Below, one piece after another: positions 1-8,600 of a DNA stretch of 48,293 nucleotides. Position 1 is the first letter of the stretch; every line of letters starts with the position of its first letter. The stretch is from contig CANHDN010000004.1 of the NCBI GenBank assembly GCA_947459415.1, forward strand, positions 1 to 48,293. The letters run 5' to 3'. Source of the DNA: Bacteroidota bacterium. Lineage in GTDB: Bacteria > Bacteroidota > Bacteroidia > UKL13-3. A model generated the notes under the pieces. The model was not told the origin of the DNA. It saw nothing but the letters and a program-made list of their open reading frames with translations, and ran no database searches. The position numbers were made by a program, and so were the translations under genes.

Positions 1-52
1 CATTAAGTTAAATGTACCCTTGGTGTTTTAGTAATTTAAAAACACGAAATTC

Positions 53-84
53 AATAAAGTGCTCGCTATATGCGGGCACTTATT
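53..84 (-). terminator. Intrinsic terminator hairpin, possibly bidirectional
   Basis: GTGCTCGC(59-66)-TATAT-GCGGGCAC(72-79) stem directly after the minus-strand stop at 80-82. It is followed by TTTATT on the minus strand and TTATTTTTT on the plus strand. Confidence 0.6.
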
Positions 85-841
85 TTTTAGAAAATAATTC
101 TTTCAAGTTAAGCGCGATAAATCCTGGCACTACTTCAAAGTAGCGAGAAAATAATCTGCGTGGTTCTTTTAGTAAACGATAGAACCATTCTAATCCAATA
201 TTTTGTATCCAACGTGGTGCGCGTTCTAAATTTCCTGTAAAGAAATCAAAGACAGCACCCACGGTAATGATATAATCAACCGAGCAATGCTTTGCTAAAC
301 TAGCAGCAAATACTTCTTGCTTAGGAGTGCTTAGACCAATCCAAACAATATTCGCACCTGTATTATTGATTTCTTGTCCTAGTGCAGCAAATTCTTCATC
401 GGTCATGATTCTAAAAGGAGGACTATAAGTACCTACTACATTGCTATTGCCTAAATTATTAGCAGAAGAGGCTTGTAATTGTTTTGCTACACCTTCTTTA
501 CCTCCACAGAAAAAATGTTTGATATTATTATGAGAAGCAGTTACTTTCATCACCACTTCAAACATATCTACACCAGAACATCTTTGCATGTGTCGATGTC
601 CTTTTAATCTGCCTACCCAAACAATGGGCATGCCGTCGGGTAAATTATAATGAAAATTATTTAAGGTGTTTTTAAAATCTGAGTTCTTGCTCGCAAACAC
701 AAGCCCATGCGCACTTGTTGCGCTCACCTTGCGGTTCGCGCCCTTCACCCCACCATTACAATCATTTATTAATTCTTGGGCAAATGTATTATTGTTGCCC
801 ACAAATATATCAACGCCAGTTATCTTAACCTTTGTTGGCAT
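80..841 (-). CDS. WecB/TagA/CpsF family glycosyltransferase (GT26)
   Basis: Motifs LPDGMPIVW, YSPPF, WIGLSTPKQE, VGAVFDF and RAPRWIQNIGLEWFYRLLKEPRRL. Start moved from 886 to ATG 841 (MPTKVK), which overlaps the upstream stop at 825. Confidence 0.92.
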   Translation of the reverse strand: MPTKVKITGVDIFVGNNNTFAQELINDCNGGVKGANRKVSATSAHGLVFASKNSDFKNTLNNFHYNLPDGMPIVWVGRLKGHRHMQRCSGVDMFEVVMKVTASHNNIKHFFCGGKEGVAKQLQASSANNLGNSNVVGTYSPPFRIMTDEEFAALGQEINNTGANIVWIGLSTPKQEVFAASLAKHCSVDYIITVGAVFDFFTGNLERAPRWIQNIGLEWFYRLLKEPRRLFSRYFEVVPGFIALNLKELFSKK

Positions 842-1832
842 CAACTTGTTCTTTAATCCATGAATAAGTTTTGCGCATACCTTCAATCAATGGTTCAGAC
901 ACTTCCCAGCCCATTTTCTTGCGGTATAAATCATTATCAGATCTGCGACCACGCACCCCTAGAGGACATTTAAATCCGTACTTATCAATAAATTCTTGAC
1001 CAGCAATATTGTGAATAGTAATTTTCTTACCAGCAATATCAATCGCCATTTGTGCTAATTGATTAATGGTGACCATTTCTTCAGAACCAATATTCACAGG
1101 GCCAGTAAAATCTGTTTTCATAAAACGCTCCACTGCTTCTAAACATTCATCAATGTATAAGAAACTTCTTGTTTGTAAACCATCTCCCCATACTTCAAAG
1201 CTTCCACCTTCTGCAGTCTCAGCTGCTTTACGCAACATGGCTGCAGGTGCTTTTTCTTTACCACCTGTCCAAGTACCTTGTGGTCCAAAAATATTATGGA
1301 AGCGTGCCACTCGCACATTCAAATTAAAATTACGGTGGTATGCTAAGAAAATTCTTTCGCTAAATAATTTCTCCCATCCATATTCAGAATCAGGATTCGC
1401 AGGATAAGCAGAGCTCTCTACGCAATTAGGATTATTAGAATCTAATTGATTGTGTTCAGGATACATACAAGCAGAAGAAGAGTAAAATACTTTTTGCACT
1501 TTTTTCTTCACCGCTTCTTTCGCTACATTTAAATTGATCAAAGCAGAATTGGTCATTACATTGGCGTCGTTCAAGCCAGTGAAAATATAACCCGCACCAC
1601 CCATGTCGGCAGCTAATTGGTATAATTCGTAGCAATCTTCAAAAATGACTTCTTCTACCGCACGAGGATCGGCTAAATCACATTGGATAAATTCATGACA
1701 AATATCTTCATGCGCCATGTATTCGTGGTTCTTAATATCGGCCACACGAACAAAGAAACCTTGGTTCTTTAATTTCTTGGCTAAATGCCCTCCAATAAAA
1801 CCTCCTCCTCCTAAAACAATAACTTTTTTCAT
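825..1832 (-). CDS. GDP-mannose 3,5-epimerase-like NAD-dependent epimerase
   Basis: GGGGFIG, LAADMGG, SSACMYP, YGWEK, GGKEKAPAA and GVRGRxSDN match the GME subfamily. Start set to ATG 1832 because a promoter box overlaps the ORF-track start at 1865. Confidence 0.85.
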   Translation of the reverse strand: MKKVIVLGGGGFIGGHLAKKLKNQGFFVRVADIKNHEYMAHEDICHEFIQCDLADPRAVEEVIFEDCYELYQLAADMGGAGYIFTGLNDANVMTNSALINLNVAKEAVKKKVQKVFYSSSACMYPEHNQLDSNNPNCVESSAYPANPDSEYGWEKLFSERIFLAYHRNFNLNVRVARFHNIFGPQGTWTGGKEKAPAAMLRKAAETAEGGSFEVWGDGLQTRSFLYIDECLEAVERFMKTDFTGPVNIGSEEMVTINQLAQMAIDIAGKKITIHNIAGQEFIDKYGFKCPLGVRGRRSDNDLYRKKMGWEVSEPLIEGMRKTYSWIKEQVDANKG

Positions 1833-1862
1833 GAAATGGTGCTTTGAACGATTGATTGTGGG

Positions 1863-1870
1863 CAAAATTA
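1863..1870 (-). promoter_or_regulatory. Bacteroidota -7 promoter element for the epimerase-GT26 unit
   Basis: CAAAATTA on + reads TAATTTTG on -, matching TAnnTTTG, 30 nt upstream of ATG 1832. Confidence 0.6.
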
Positions 1871-1945
1871 AGCTAATAGGCCTAAAAATCAGTCATATAT
1901 GAGGTTTTTTTGACCTATTTTAAGCGTAATTTGTCTGATTTTCAA

Positions 1946-1953
1946 TAGTTTTG
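1946..1953 (+). promoter_or_regulatory. Bacteroidota -7 promoter element (probable leaderless transcript)
   Basis: TAGTTTTG ends 5 nt before ATG 1959. Confidence 0.55.
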
Positions 1954-1958
1954 AGCGA

Positions 1959-2600
1959 ATGAAAGCCACAATTTCAAATTACTTTAGGGCCAAAAGATTT
2001 GTTTTTTTTAAAGCTCTATTGGAGGATATGATGCAATCTGGAAAAAAGATCAAAATCTTAGATATTGGGGGGACGGAGGATTACTGGATAAACCAAGGGT
2101 TAGATCTAGGCGAGAATATCGAAATAGTCCTGCTTAACTTGTATAAAACAGATGTAAAAACCCCTGGTTTTACATCTATAAAAGGAGATGCTACTAATTT
2201 GGAGGGTATAGCAGACAAGAGTTTTGATTTAGTCTATTCTAATTCGGTGATAGAACATTTGTTTACCCTAGAACAGCAAGAAAAAATGGCCAAAGAGACC
2301 AGGAGGGTTGGAAAAAGCTATTTTATTCAAACCCCTAATAAGTATTTTCCTATTGAACCACATTGGGTATTCCCCTTCTTTCAGTTTTTGCCATTTAGGG
2401 TACAAGTATTTCTGACCCAACATTTTAATTTAGGACATATTCCTAAAGCAGAAAATAAAGAACGCGCTATTTCGTTAGTTAAGGAAGTGAGGTTATTGTC
2501 GAAGAAAGAGTTTGTGGGAATGTTCAAAGGAAGCCAATTATTCACAGAAAAATTCTTGGGACTCAACAAGTCATTTGCGGTATATCAAATAGAAAAATAA
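1959..2600 (+). CDS. Class I SAM-dependent methyltransferase
   Basis: ILDIGG motif I, GDATNL, FDLVYSNSVIEH, QTPNKYFPIEPH. Confidence 0.85.
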   Translation: MKATISNYFRAKRFVFFKALLEDMMQSGKKIKILDIGGTEDYWINQGLDLGENIEIVLLNLYKTDVKTPGFTSIKGDATNLEGIADKSFDLVYSNSVIEHLFTLEQQEKMAKETRRVGKSYFIQTPNKYFPIEPHWVFPFFQFLPFRVQVFLTQHFNLGHIPKAENKERAISLVKEVRLLSKKEFVGMFKGSQLFTEKFLGLNKSFAVYQIEK

Positions 2601-3445
2601 TGGGAAAACAATCCAATAAATCATTAATAGTCATTACATGGGACGGGGTCTCAAAGCCCTTGGAATATGTATTACAGGATACCCAAAGAAATTTTGATTT
2701 ATTAATTTTTGATCATAGTGCAAAAGCATCTGCATCATTACTAGCACATTTAGATCCTACTCATTTTGTTTCTGCTAGAACAGAAAACAAAGGACAAGTT
2801 TTTTACGAAGTATATAAATATCTGTATTCAAATAACGAAGATCGGTATGAATACATTGGTGTAATTGATGATGATATTTATACAACTTATTCAGATTTAA
2901 ATAAATTATTGTTTATTGGAAAGTTGAACAATCTAGATGTTTTTCAACCAAGTATTACCCATGATAGTTATTTCGATCATAGACAGTTTACACATAAAAC
3001 TGGTTATCAGATAAAAAGAGAAAACTGGGTAGAGATTATGTTCCCGGTTTATAGAGAAGAATTGTACAAGGCAGCTGGAAAATATTTTAATGAGACCATT
3101 ACAGGTCAAGGAATAGATGTATATATGATGCCTGTTTTACAGGTTATTCATCAAATGACCAATACGGCTGTGGTGCATGCTATACAAATCAAACATTGCA
3201 GACCAGTGCAGTCCGGTGACCGAACTTATTCCGATGGTAAATCGAATTTTGATAATATCAATCATATCAGAGCTAGAGCGATAGAACTCATTGAAGCCAA
3301 TAAAGTACTGTTTGACGACAATTTCATGAAACGAATTATAGATGTTAGGTATTATAAGGGTATTTCTGTATTTAAGAAGCTAAAACGCGTGAAAGGAATG
3401 CTGAAGAATATCTATAAGGAAATTGTAGATCTGAGCTATAGATAG
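2600..3445 (+). CDS. DUF707-family putative glycosyltransferase (GT-A-like)
   Basis: YEYIGVIDDDI (DxD), FQPSI and VEIMFPV resemble DUF707 signature blocks. TAATG-coupled to the methyltransferase. Confidence 0.65.
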   Translation: MGKQSNKSLIVITWDGVSKPLEYVLQDTQRNFDLLIFDHSAKASASLLAHLDPTHFVSARTENKGQVFYEVYKYLYSNNEDRYEYIGVIDDDIYTTYSDLNKLLFIGKLNNLDVFQPSITHDSYFDHRQFTHKTGYQIKRENWVEIMFPVYREELYKAAGKYFNETITGQGIDVYMMPVLQVIHQMTNTAVVHAIQIKHCRPVQSGDRTYSDGKSNFDNINHIRARAIELIEANKVLFDDNFMKRIIDVRYYKGISVFKKLKRVKGMLKNIYKEIVDLSYR

Positions 3446-3465
3446 GTCAAAGGGATTATATTTTA

Positions 3466-3473
3466 TATATTTG
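3466..3473 (+). promoter_or_regulatory. Bacteroidota -7 promoter element for the wzz-GT9-GT25-wzx unit
   Basis: TATATTTG(CA) 16 nt upstream of ATG 3490. Confidence 0.6.
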
Positions 3474-3489
3474 CAGTAATAAAACCAAT

Positions 3490-4518
3490 ATGACGACTAC
3501 GGGTCCACAAACCATAAAATATCCTGAATTAAAAGAAATTATCAAGCGTTTCTTGACCTACTTTATTGGTCAATGGAAGATGATTGCTCTTGTAACGATT
3601 ATTACAAGTTCTATAGGATTGATTTATGGTAAATTACAACCATCTAGTTATAAGGCTACTGCCACATTTATAGTAGAGGATAAGTCAGGGAGCAGAGGGG
3701 GAGGATTGTCTGGTTTGGCATCTCAATTTGGTATTGATGTAGGAGGTTTAACAGGAGGAGGAGCAGGCTTATTTGATGGAGATAATATTTTGGAGATCAT
3801 GAAGTCTAGGGCTATTATTGAAAAAGTATTATTAACCAAAATAGAAGAAGACATTCCAGAAAAAGGACAAACTCTTGCAGATTACTATTTAATCATTTCT
3901 GGTTTAAACAAATCTTTGGCATCTAAAAATATCACTGCAAAAGCTTTGAATTTTAGCGCATTGACAGAAGATGGTAAACATACATTAATACATGACAGCG
4001 TTTTGTATTTAATGTATACTTCCATCAATAAAAATTTAAATGTAGAGAAAAAGAGCAAGAAAAGCTCTATCATTACATTAGAGGTGATTTCTCCTAGTCA
4101 GGTTTTTTCTAAAATGTTTGAAGAAAAATTAATGAAGAAAACAAGTGACTTATACATAGATATTAAGACAGGAAATTTATCAAGAAGTATAGAGAAAATT
4201 CAAAGAAAAGCGGATTCGTTACAATATACATTGAATTCAACTACTGATAGAAGAAACTATATAAACCTTTCAATTCCTAACGAAGGCATCACAAGAGATA
4301 AAAATGTATCAAGTGCATTGTATGGTGAGGTGGTAAAGAATTTGGAAACAATGAAGTTGACTTTAATTAATCAAACGCCTGTCATACAAGTTTTGGACGC
4401 ACCTAAATATCCATTGTTTGATCAAAGAACACCCGCAAGATATTATCTATTGATTGGATTTGCTGTTGGGTTTGTGTTATCTCTTTTCTACGTATTGTAC
4501 AAGTATACAGAAAACTAA
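3490..4518 (+). CDS. wzz: Polysaccharide co-polymerase / chain-length regulator (Wzz/PCP), copy 1
   Basis: Two terminal TM helices, YKATATF, Gly-rich GLASQFGID, coiled coil, and Pro-rich PVIQVLDAP before TM2. No kinase domain. Confidence 0.8.
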   Translation: MTTTGPQTIKYPELKEIIKRFLTYFIGQWKMIALVTIITSSIGLIYGKLQPSSYKATATFIVEDKSGSRGGGLSGLASQFGIDVGGLTGGGAGLFDGDNILEIMKSRAIIEKVLLTKIEEDIPEKGQTLADYYLIISGLNKSLASKNITAKALNFSALTEDGKHTLIHDSVLYLMYTSINKNLNVEKKSKKSSIITLEVISPSQVFSKMFEEKLMKKTSDLYIDIKTGNLSRSIEKIQRKADSLQYTLNSTTDRRNYINLSIPNEGITRDKNVSSALYGEVVKNLETMKLTLINQTPVIQVLDAPKYPLFDQRTPARYYLLIGFAVGFVLSLFYVLYKYTEN

Positions 4519-4529
4519 TACAGAAGCTT

Positions 4530-5363
4530 ATGCATCGTGTATTTGTCTTAAGAGCGTATGGGGATTTTATTATTTTCTTGCAGGCTTTATTAAAAAGCGA
4601 TTTCAAAAAAGACTACCATGTTGTTGCTTCAAAGCATTTACATCCCATTTTTTTGGCTGTTTCTAAGTTTGTCGATACTTCAGCTATCTCCATAGAGTTC
4701 GTAGATTTTGGCATACAAAAAACGCTGTTAAGTTTTTTTACAAATAGATATTTTTTCAGCATAGGCGCAGTTAAAGAATTATTCAAGATAAAGAATTGGC
4801 TTCGAAATAATCCTAATAAACTTGGTATAGACTATTTAGAACAAGACAAGAGACTTACAAGTTTTAATTTACTAATAGGTCAAAAATTTAGACCTATACT
4901 TAAAAAAGAAAATGTTTACGAAACGTATAATCGTTTTTTTCAGATTAGTCAAAACCATGAAATAAACACAGGCACCAATCCAATTAATAATATTGTCATT
5001 TTCCCAGATTCTAGATTGCCTGCCAAGAATATTCCTAATGATGTGTTGAAGAATATTGCTACTATTTTGAAACAAAAAGATAAGCAAGTGCAAGTAGCAT
5101 ATTTTAAACAAGCTCCCGAAAACGAAAATCATCATTCTTCAACAATTTTGTACGATAATTTTGATGATTTATTAGCATTAATCCAAAATTCAGAAATGAT
5201 TATTGGTGCTGATAGTTTACCTATTCATTTGGCTAATCTTTTGAATAAGCCTCATTATATATTTTATCCTAAAGGCTTTACACAATTGTTTGTTACACCT
5301 TGGGCTAAACAACAACAATATTTTGGAAATTTCGAGCAATATCAATTTAGCTTTATAGATTAA
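4530..5363 (+). CDS. GT9 (heptosyltransferase-like) glycosyltransferase, divergent
   Basis: N-terminal LRAYGDF and C-terminal IGADSLPIHLA (cf. DSGPxHLA). Confidence 0.7.
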   Translation: MHRVFVLRAYGDFIIFLQALLKSDFKKDYHVVASKHLHPIFLAVSKFVDTSAISIEFVDFGIQKTLLSFFTNRYFFSIGAVKELFKIKNWLRNNPNKLGIDYLEQDKRLTSFNLLIGQKFRPILKKENVYETYNRFFQISQNHEINTGTNPINNIVIFPDSRLPAKNIPNDVLKNIATILKQKDKQVQVAYFKQAPENENHHSSTILYDNFDDLLALIQNSEMIIGADSLPIHLANLLNKPHYIFYPKGFTQLFVTPWAKQQQYFGNFEQYQFSFID

Positions 5364-6091
5364 TGAAAGTAGCCAATATACATAGCTTTATTTTATACTC
5401 GCCCTTGGAAAAGGATAGAACAGATAGAGTACAAGCAATGCGCAAGATGTTTAAGCAATTTACTATCTCTGAATCTATTTATCCAAGCACCACACATATT
5501 CCCTTTTTGGATAAAATGATCAACTTATCTAAAAAAAGAACTGGCAAGGCATTAATGGCTACTGAAATTGCTTGTTTGATTGGACATAGGAATATTCTTA
5601 AAAAAATAGTAGAAACTGCCACAAATGATCAAGAGCATTTTCTAATATTAGAATCGGATAGTAAGTTCCTCAATTTTGAATTGCTATCTAATGAATTTGA
5701 AAATGTCACGAAGGAATTTGATATCTTTTTCTGGGGTGCTTGGGAGGGAAATGCCAAAATTAAAAAATCCACCATCACCAAAAAAATAGGGAATTATATC
5801 ATTGGTGAGCCATTAATCAATACCATTTATTGTGCTTATGGATATTCTATCAATAGAAAGACTGCAAAATACTTATTAAAACAAACTGCTCAAATTTCTA
5901 CTCCATTTGATATCTTCAAACAATTTATAGATCCAAAACAAATTAAAGTAGGTACAATTTATAAGGAGATAATTACCACATGGGATAAGGGAAGCTATAT
6001 CAGAAAAGACCCATTTGGGTACCAAACAAAAAGAGCCATTATATTATTTGTATTGAATATAAGAAATAGCATAAAAGCCTATTTTTCTTAG
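5363..6091 (+). CDS. GT25-family glycosyltransferase, divergent
   Basis: DRTDR, EIACLIGH, LILESD and AYGYSINRKTAKYLL align with GT25 blocks. Confidence 0.7.
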   Translation: MKVANIHSFILYSPLEKDRTDRVQAMRKMFKQFTISESIYPSTTHIPFLDKMINLSKKRTGKALMATEIACLIGHRNILKKIVETATNDQEHFLILESDSKFLNFELLSNEFENVTKEFDIFFWGAWEGNAKIKKSTITKKIGNYIIGEPLINTIYCAYGYSINRKTAKYLLKQTAQISTPFDIFKQFIDPKQIKVGTIYKEIITTWDKGSYIRKDPFGYQTKRAIILFVLNIRNSIKAYFS

Positions 6092-6111
6092 AATTTCATT
6101 AGTTTTAACCC

Positions 6112-7551
6112 ATGTCTGTAAAGAACAGTATTTTTTATAATGTATTATTAGCCATATCACAGGTATTCTTTCCTTTGATTACTTTCCCTTATTTGGCAAG
6201 AACCTTGGGTCCAGAGCATGTGGGTGCATTGAACTTTGCAGAAAGTATGGCCAAGTATTTTGTGATGCTAGCTGCATTGGGTATACCCATTTATGGTATT
6301 AGAGAGATTGCCAAATTGCAAAATAAGATAGAAGAGCGTACCAAATTATTTACAGAAATTTTCACGATCAATTTTATTTGTACCATTGGATTAGCTTTTT
6401 TATTTTTTATAGGTATACATTTAGTACCACAATTACTTACTGAGAAAGAACTATTTTATTGGACGGTAGTATATTTTATTTTACAAGTATTTTATTTAGA
6501 ATGGTTTTTTAATGGAATGGATCAGTTTAGGTTTATTGCTATTAGACAATTTATTATTCGATTCTTTTTTATTGTTTTTGTTTTTGTACTCATCAAAAGC
6601 AAATTAGATTATGTAAATTATATGAAAATGCAAGTGGGCTTAAATGTCTTGATTGCTATTTTTAATTATAATAGTTTAAAAAAATTAATCAATATTGACC
6701 AGCATTTGTTTAAAGGATTAGATCTTAAAAAACATCTGAAGCCATTATTGTATTTATTTCTAACTATATTTTCAATTAGCATCTATTTTTCTTTAGATAC
6801 TATTTTATTAGGGTTCTTAGCAAATAATGAAAGTGTGGGTTATTATTCTACTGCTTTAAAATTGAACAAATTAATCATAGCGGTATTCAGCGCTATTACG
6901 GTAGCAGTCTTTCCCAGTTTGATTGGATTATATCAAAATGGAGAAATTGATAAGTTCAAAGAATACATTAGACAGGTGTTTTTTGTGTTAATTAGCATCT
7001 CTATTCCAGCTGTGACTATTTTAATTTTGTGTGCACAAGAAATAGTACACTTATTGTTCAGCACTAGTTTTGATAGAGCTATTCTGCCATTACAAATTAC
7101 AGCACCTTTAATATTAATTGTTAGTCTCTCTTCTATTTTTGGCTTTCAGATATTAAGTGCTTTTTCTAAAGACAGACAGATATTGTATTCTGCGATTATT
7201 GGAATGGTCATTAGCATTATACTTTCAATTTTATTGGTACCCCACTTTAAAGAAGTGGGAGAAGCAATCACCATATTGATTACAGAGCTATCCGTATGTT
7301 TATCTTTTATTTATTTTACCAATAAATATTTTACCATCGATGGTTTGTATAAAATGTTTATCACTGGTATAGCTTCTCTATTACCTTATGTATTATTTGC
7401 CATTATCTTCAAAACTATTATTGCAGATGATGTTTTAAGATTAACTACCATAATAATTATCTCCGCTGTGTGGTTCTTTATATACCATATGTTCTTAGTA
7501 AAAGATAGTTATATTAAAGTTTATATCAACGATTTTATCGAGAGAAAGTAG
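6112..7551 (+). CDS. wzx: Wzx oligosaccharide flippase, copy 1
   Basis: Multi-TM MOP-family protein: FPLITFPYLARTLG, LGIPIYGIREIA, DTILLG...VGYYSTA. Confidence 0.92.
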   Translation: MSVKNSIFYNVLLAISQVFFPLITFPYLARTLGPEHVGALNFAESMAKYFVMLAALGIPIYGIREIAKLQNKIEERTKLFTEIFTINFICTIGLAFLFFIGIHLVPQLLTEKELFYWTVVYFILQVFYLEWFFNGMDQFRFIAIRQFIIRFFFIVFVFVLIKSKLDYVNYMKMQVGLNVLIAIFNYNSLKKLINIDQHLFKGLDLKKHLKPLLYLFLTIFSISIYFSLDTILLGFLANNESVGYYSTALKLNKLIIAVFSAITVAVFPSLIGLYQNGEIDKFKEYIRQVFFVLISISIPAVTILILCAQEIVHLLFSTSFDRAILPLQITAPLILIVSLSSIFGFQILSAFSKDRQILYSAIIGMVISIILSILLVPHFKEVGEAITILITELSVCLSFIYFTNKYFTIDGLYKMFITGIASLLPYVLFAIIFKTIIADDVLRLTTIIIISAVWFFIYHMFLVKDSYIKVYINDFIERK

Positions 7552-8497
7552 GACTGAATATTTTCTTGATGCTTCTAAGTATGGTCAATATTGGAAAATG
7601 TCTAAAAGCATATTGCATATACAATTGATGCTTTTTTTCTAAAAGTTTAATCCATTCTGAATTGTCGTATAATTTATGGGAGAATTTTGCTAATTGATAT
7701 TGTACATGCATATTAATCTCAATTCTATTTAAGATATATTTCATATCTGTAAAATTATCAACATGAATATTATTATTTAATAGATCCCAATTCATTTGTA
7801 AATATTTTTGCATCTCTGCTTTTTTGCCTCCTATTTGTTGTTTATCGTGAAGTCTATATTTGATTAACTTTTCTTCTATAAATTCCAACTTATTATCATT
7901 GGATAAATTAAAAGCAATCCATCTATCATGAATTAAAAATTTAATGGAAGGGATGGGTTTGCTTAAGAAAGGCAAATTTTTCCTAAATGCCATAGTTGCC
8001 CCTGTAGCACAGTTTTCGTTGGTATGAATATATTTTCTTAATAAAGATGGGTCATCCTTTAATTTGTCAAAAGGAAAACTCATAGAATCCCATAAAGCAT
8101 TTTGAGTATCTAACTCTGAGTTCTCGTTCATTAAAAAGCCATTAGAGAAAACCCCATTAATATGAGGATTTTCTGTAAAGTAAGCCATTGTTCTTTCTAC
8201 CTTATTAGGCAACCACTCGTCATCTTGATCTGATAAGAAAACAATATCCCCTGTACAAAGTTGAATGGCTTTTTCTGCATTTTTATTCGACCCCAGATTT
8301 TGATCATTATGTAAAATTTTAAATAAACCAGGATTGGCTCGACTATAGGTTTCCAAAATCTCTTTGGTATTATCTGTTGAATTGTCTTCACAGACAATAA
8401 TCTCATCTACTTTATGCGTTTGGTGTAGAATAGAATCTAATTGCTGTTGCATATAGTTAGATCCGTTATAAACAATAAAAGCAACCGATATTTTCAT
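7535..8497 (-). CDS. GT2 glycosyltransferase
   Basis: ISVAFIVYNG, EDNSTD, FLSDQDD, HDRW, YRLH. Start moved from 8551 to ATG 8497 (MKISV). Confidence 0.9.
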   Translation of the reverse strand: MKISVAFIVYNGSNYMQQQLDSILHQTHKVDEIIVCEDNSTDNTKEILETYSRANPGLFKILHNDQNLGSNKNAEKAIQLCTGDIVFLSDQDDEWLPNKVERTMAYFTENPHINGVFSNGFLMNENSELDTQNALWDSMSFPFDKLKDDPSLLRKYIHTNENCATGATMAFRKNLPFLSKPIPSIKFLIHDRWIAFNLSNDNKLEFIEEKLIKYRLHDKQQIGGKKAEMQKYLQMNWDLLNNNIHVDNFTDMKYILNRIEINMHVQYQLAKFSHKLYDNSEWIKLLEKKHQLYMQYAFRHFPILTILRSIKKIFSPTFSR

Positions 8498-8579
8498 GTA
8501 ATTTTGGATAGGTAGTAAAGGTATTAAATTATTTGAACACAAATATTTCAAAAAAATCTTATTTGTAGTAAATAGGATT

Positions 8580-8587
8580 TAACTTTG
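8580..8587 (+). promoter_or_regulatory. Bacteroidota -7 promoter element for the wzi-wzi-ligase unit
   Basis: TAACTTTG 13 nt upstream of ATG 8601. Confidence 0.55.
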
Positions 8588-8600
8588 TTAAGTGATTAAC

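Noticed and set aside
1-3. CAT at the window edge as a minus-strand start codon of a further gene
   Set aside because: No coding sequence is visible within the window, so it cannot be supported.
842-8551. ORF-track starts at 886, 1865 and 8551
   Set aside because: The extensions overlap upstream genes or promoter regions, and downstream ATGs give family-typical N-termini.
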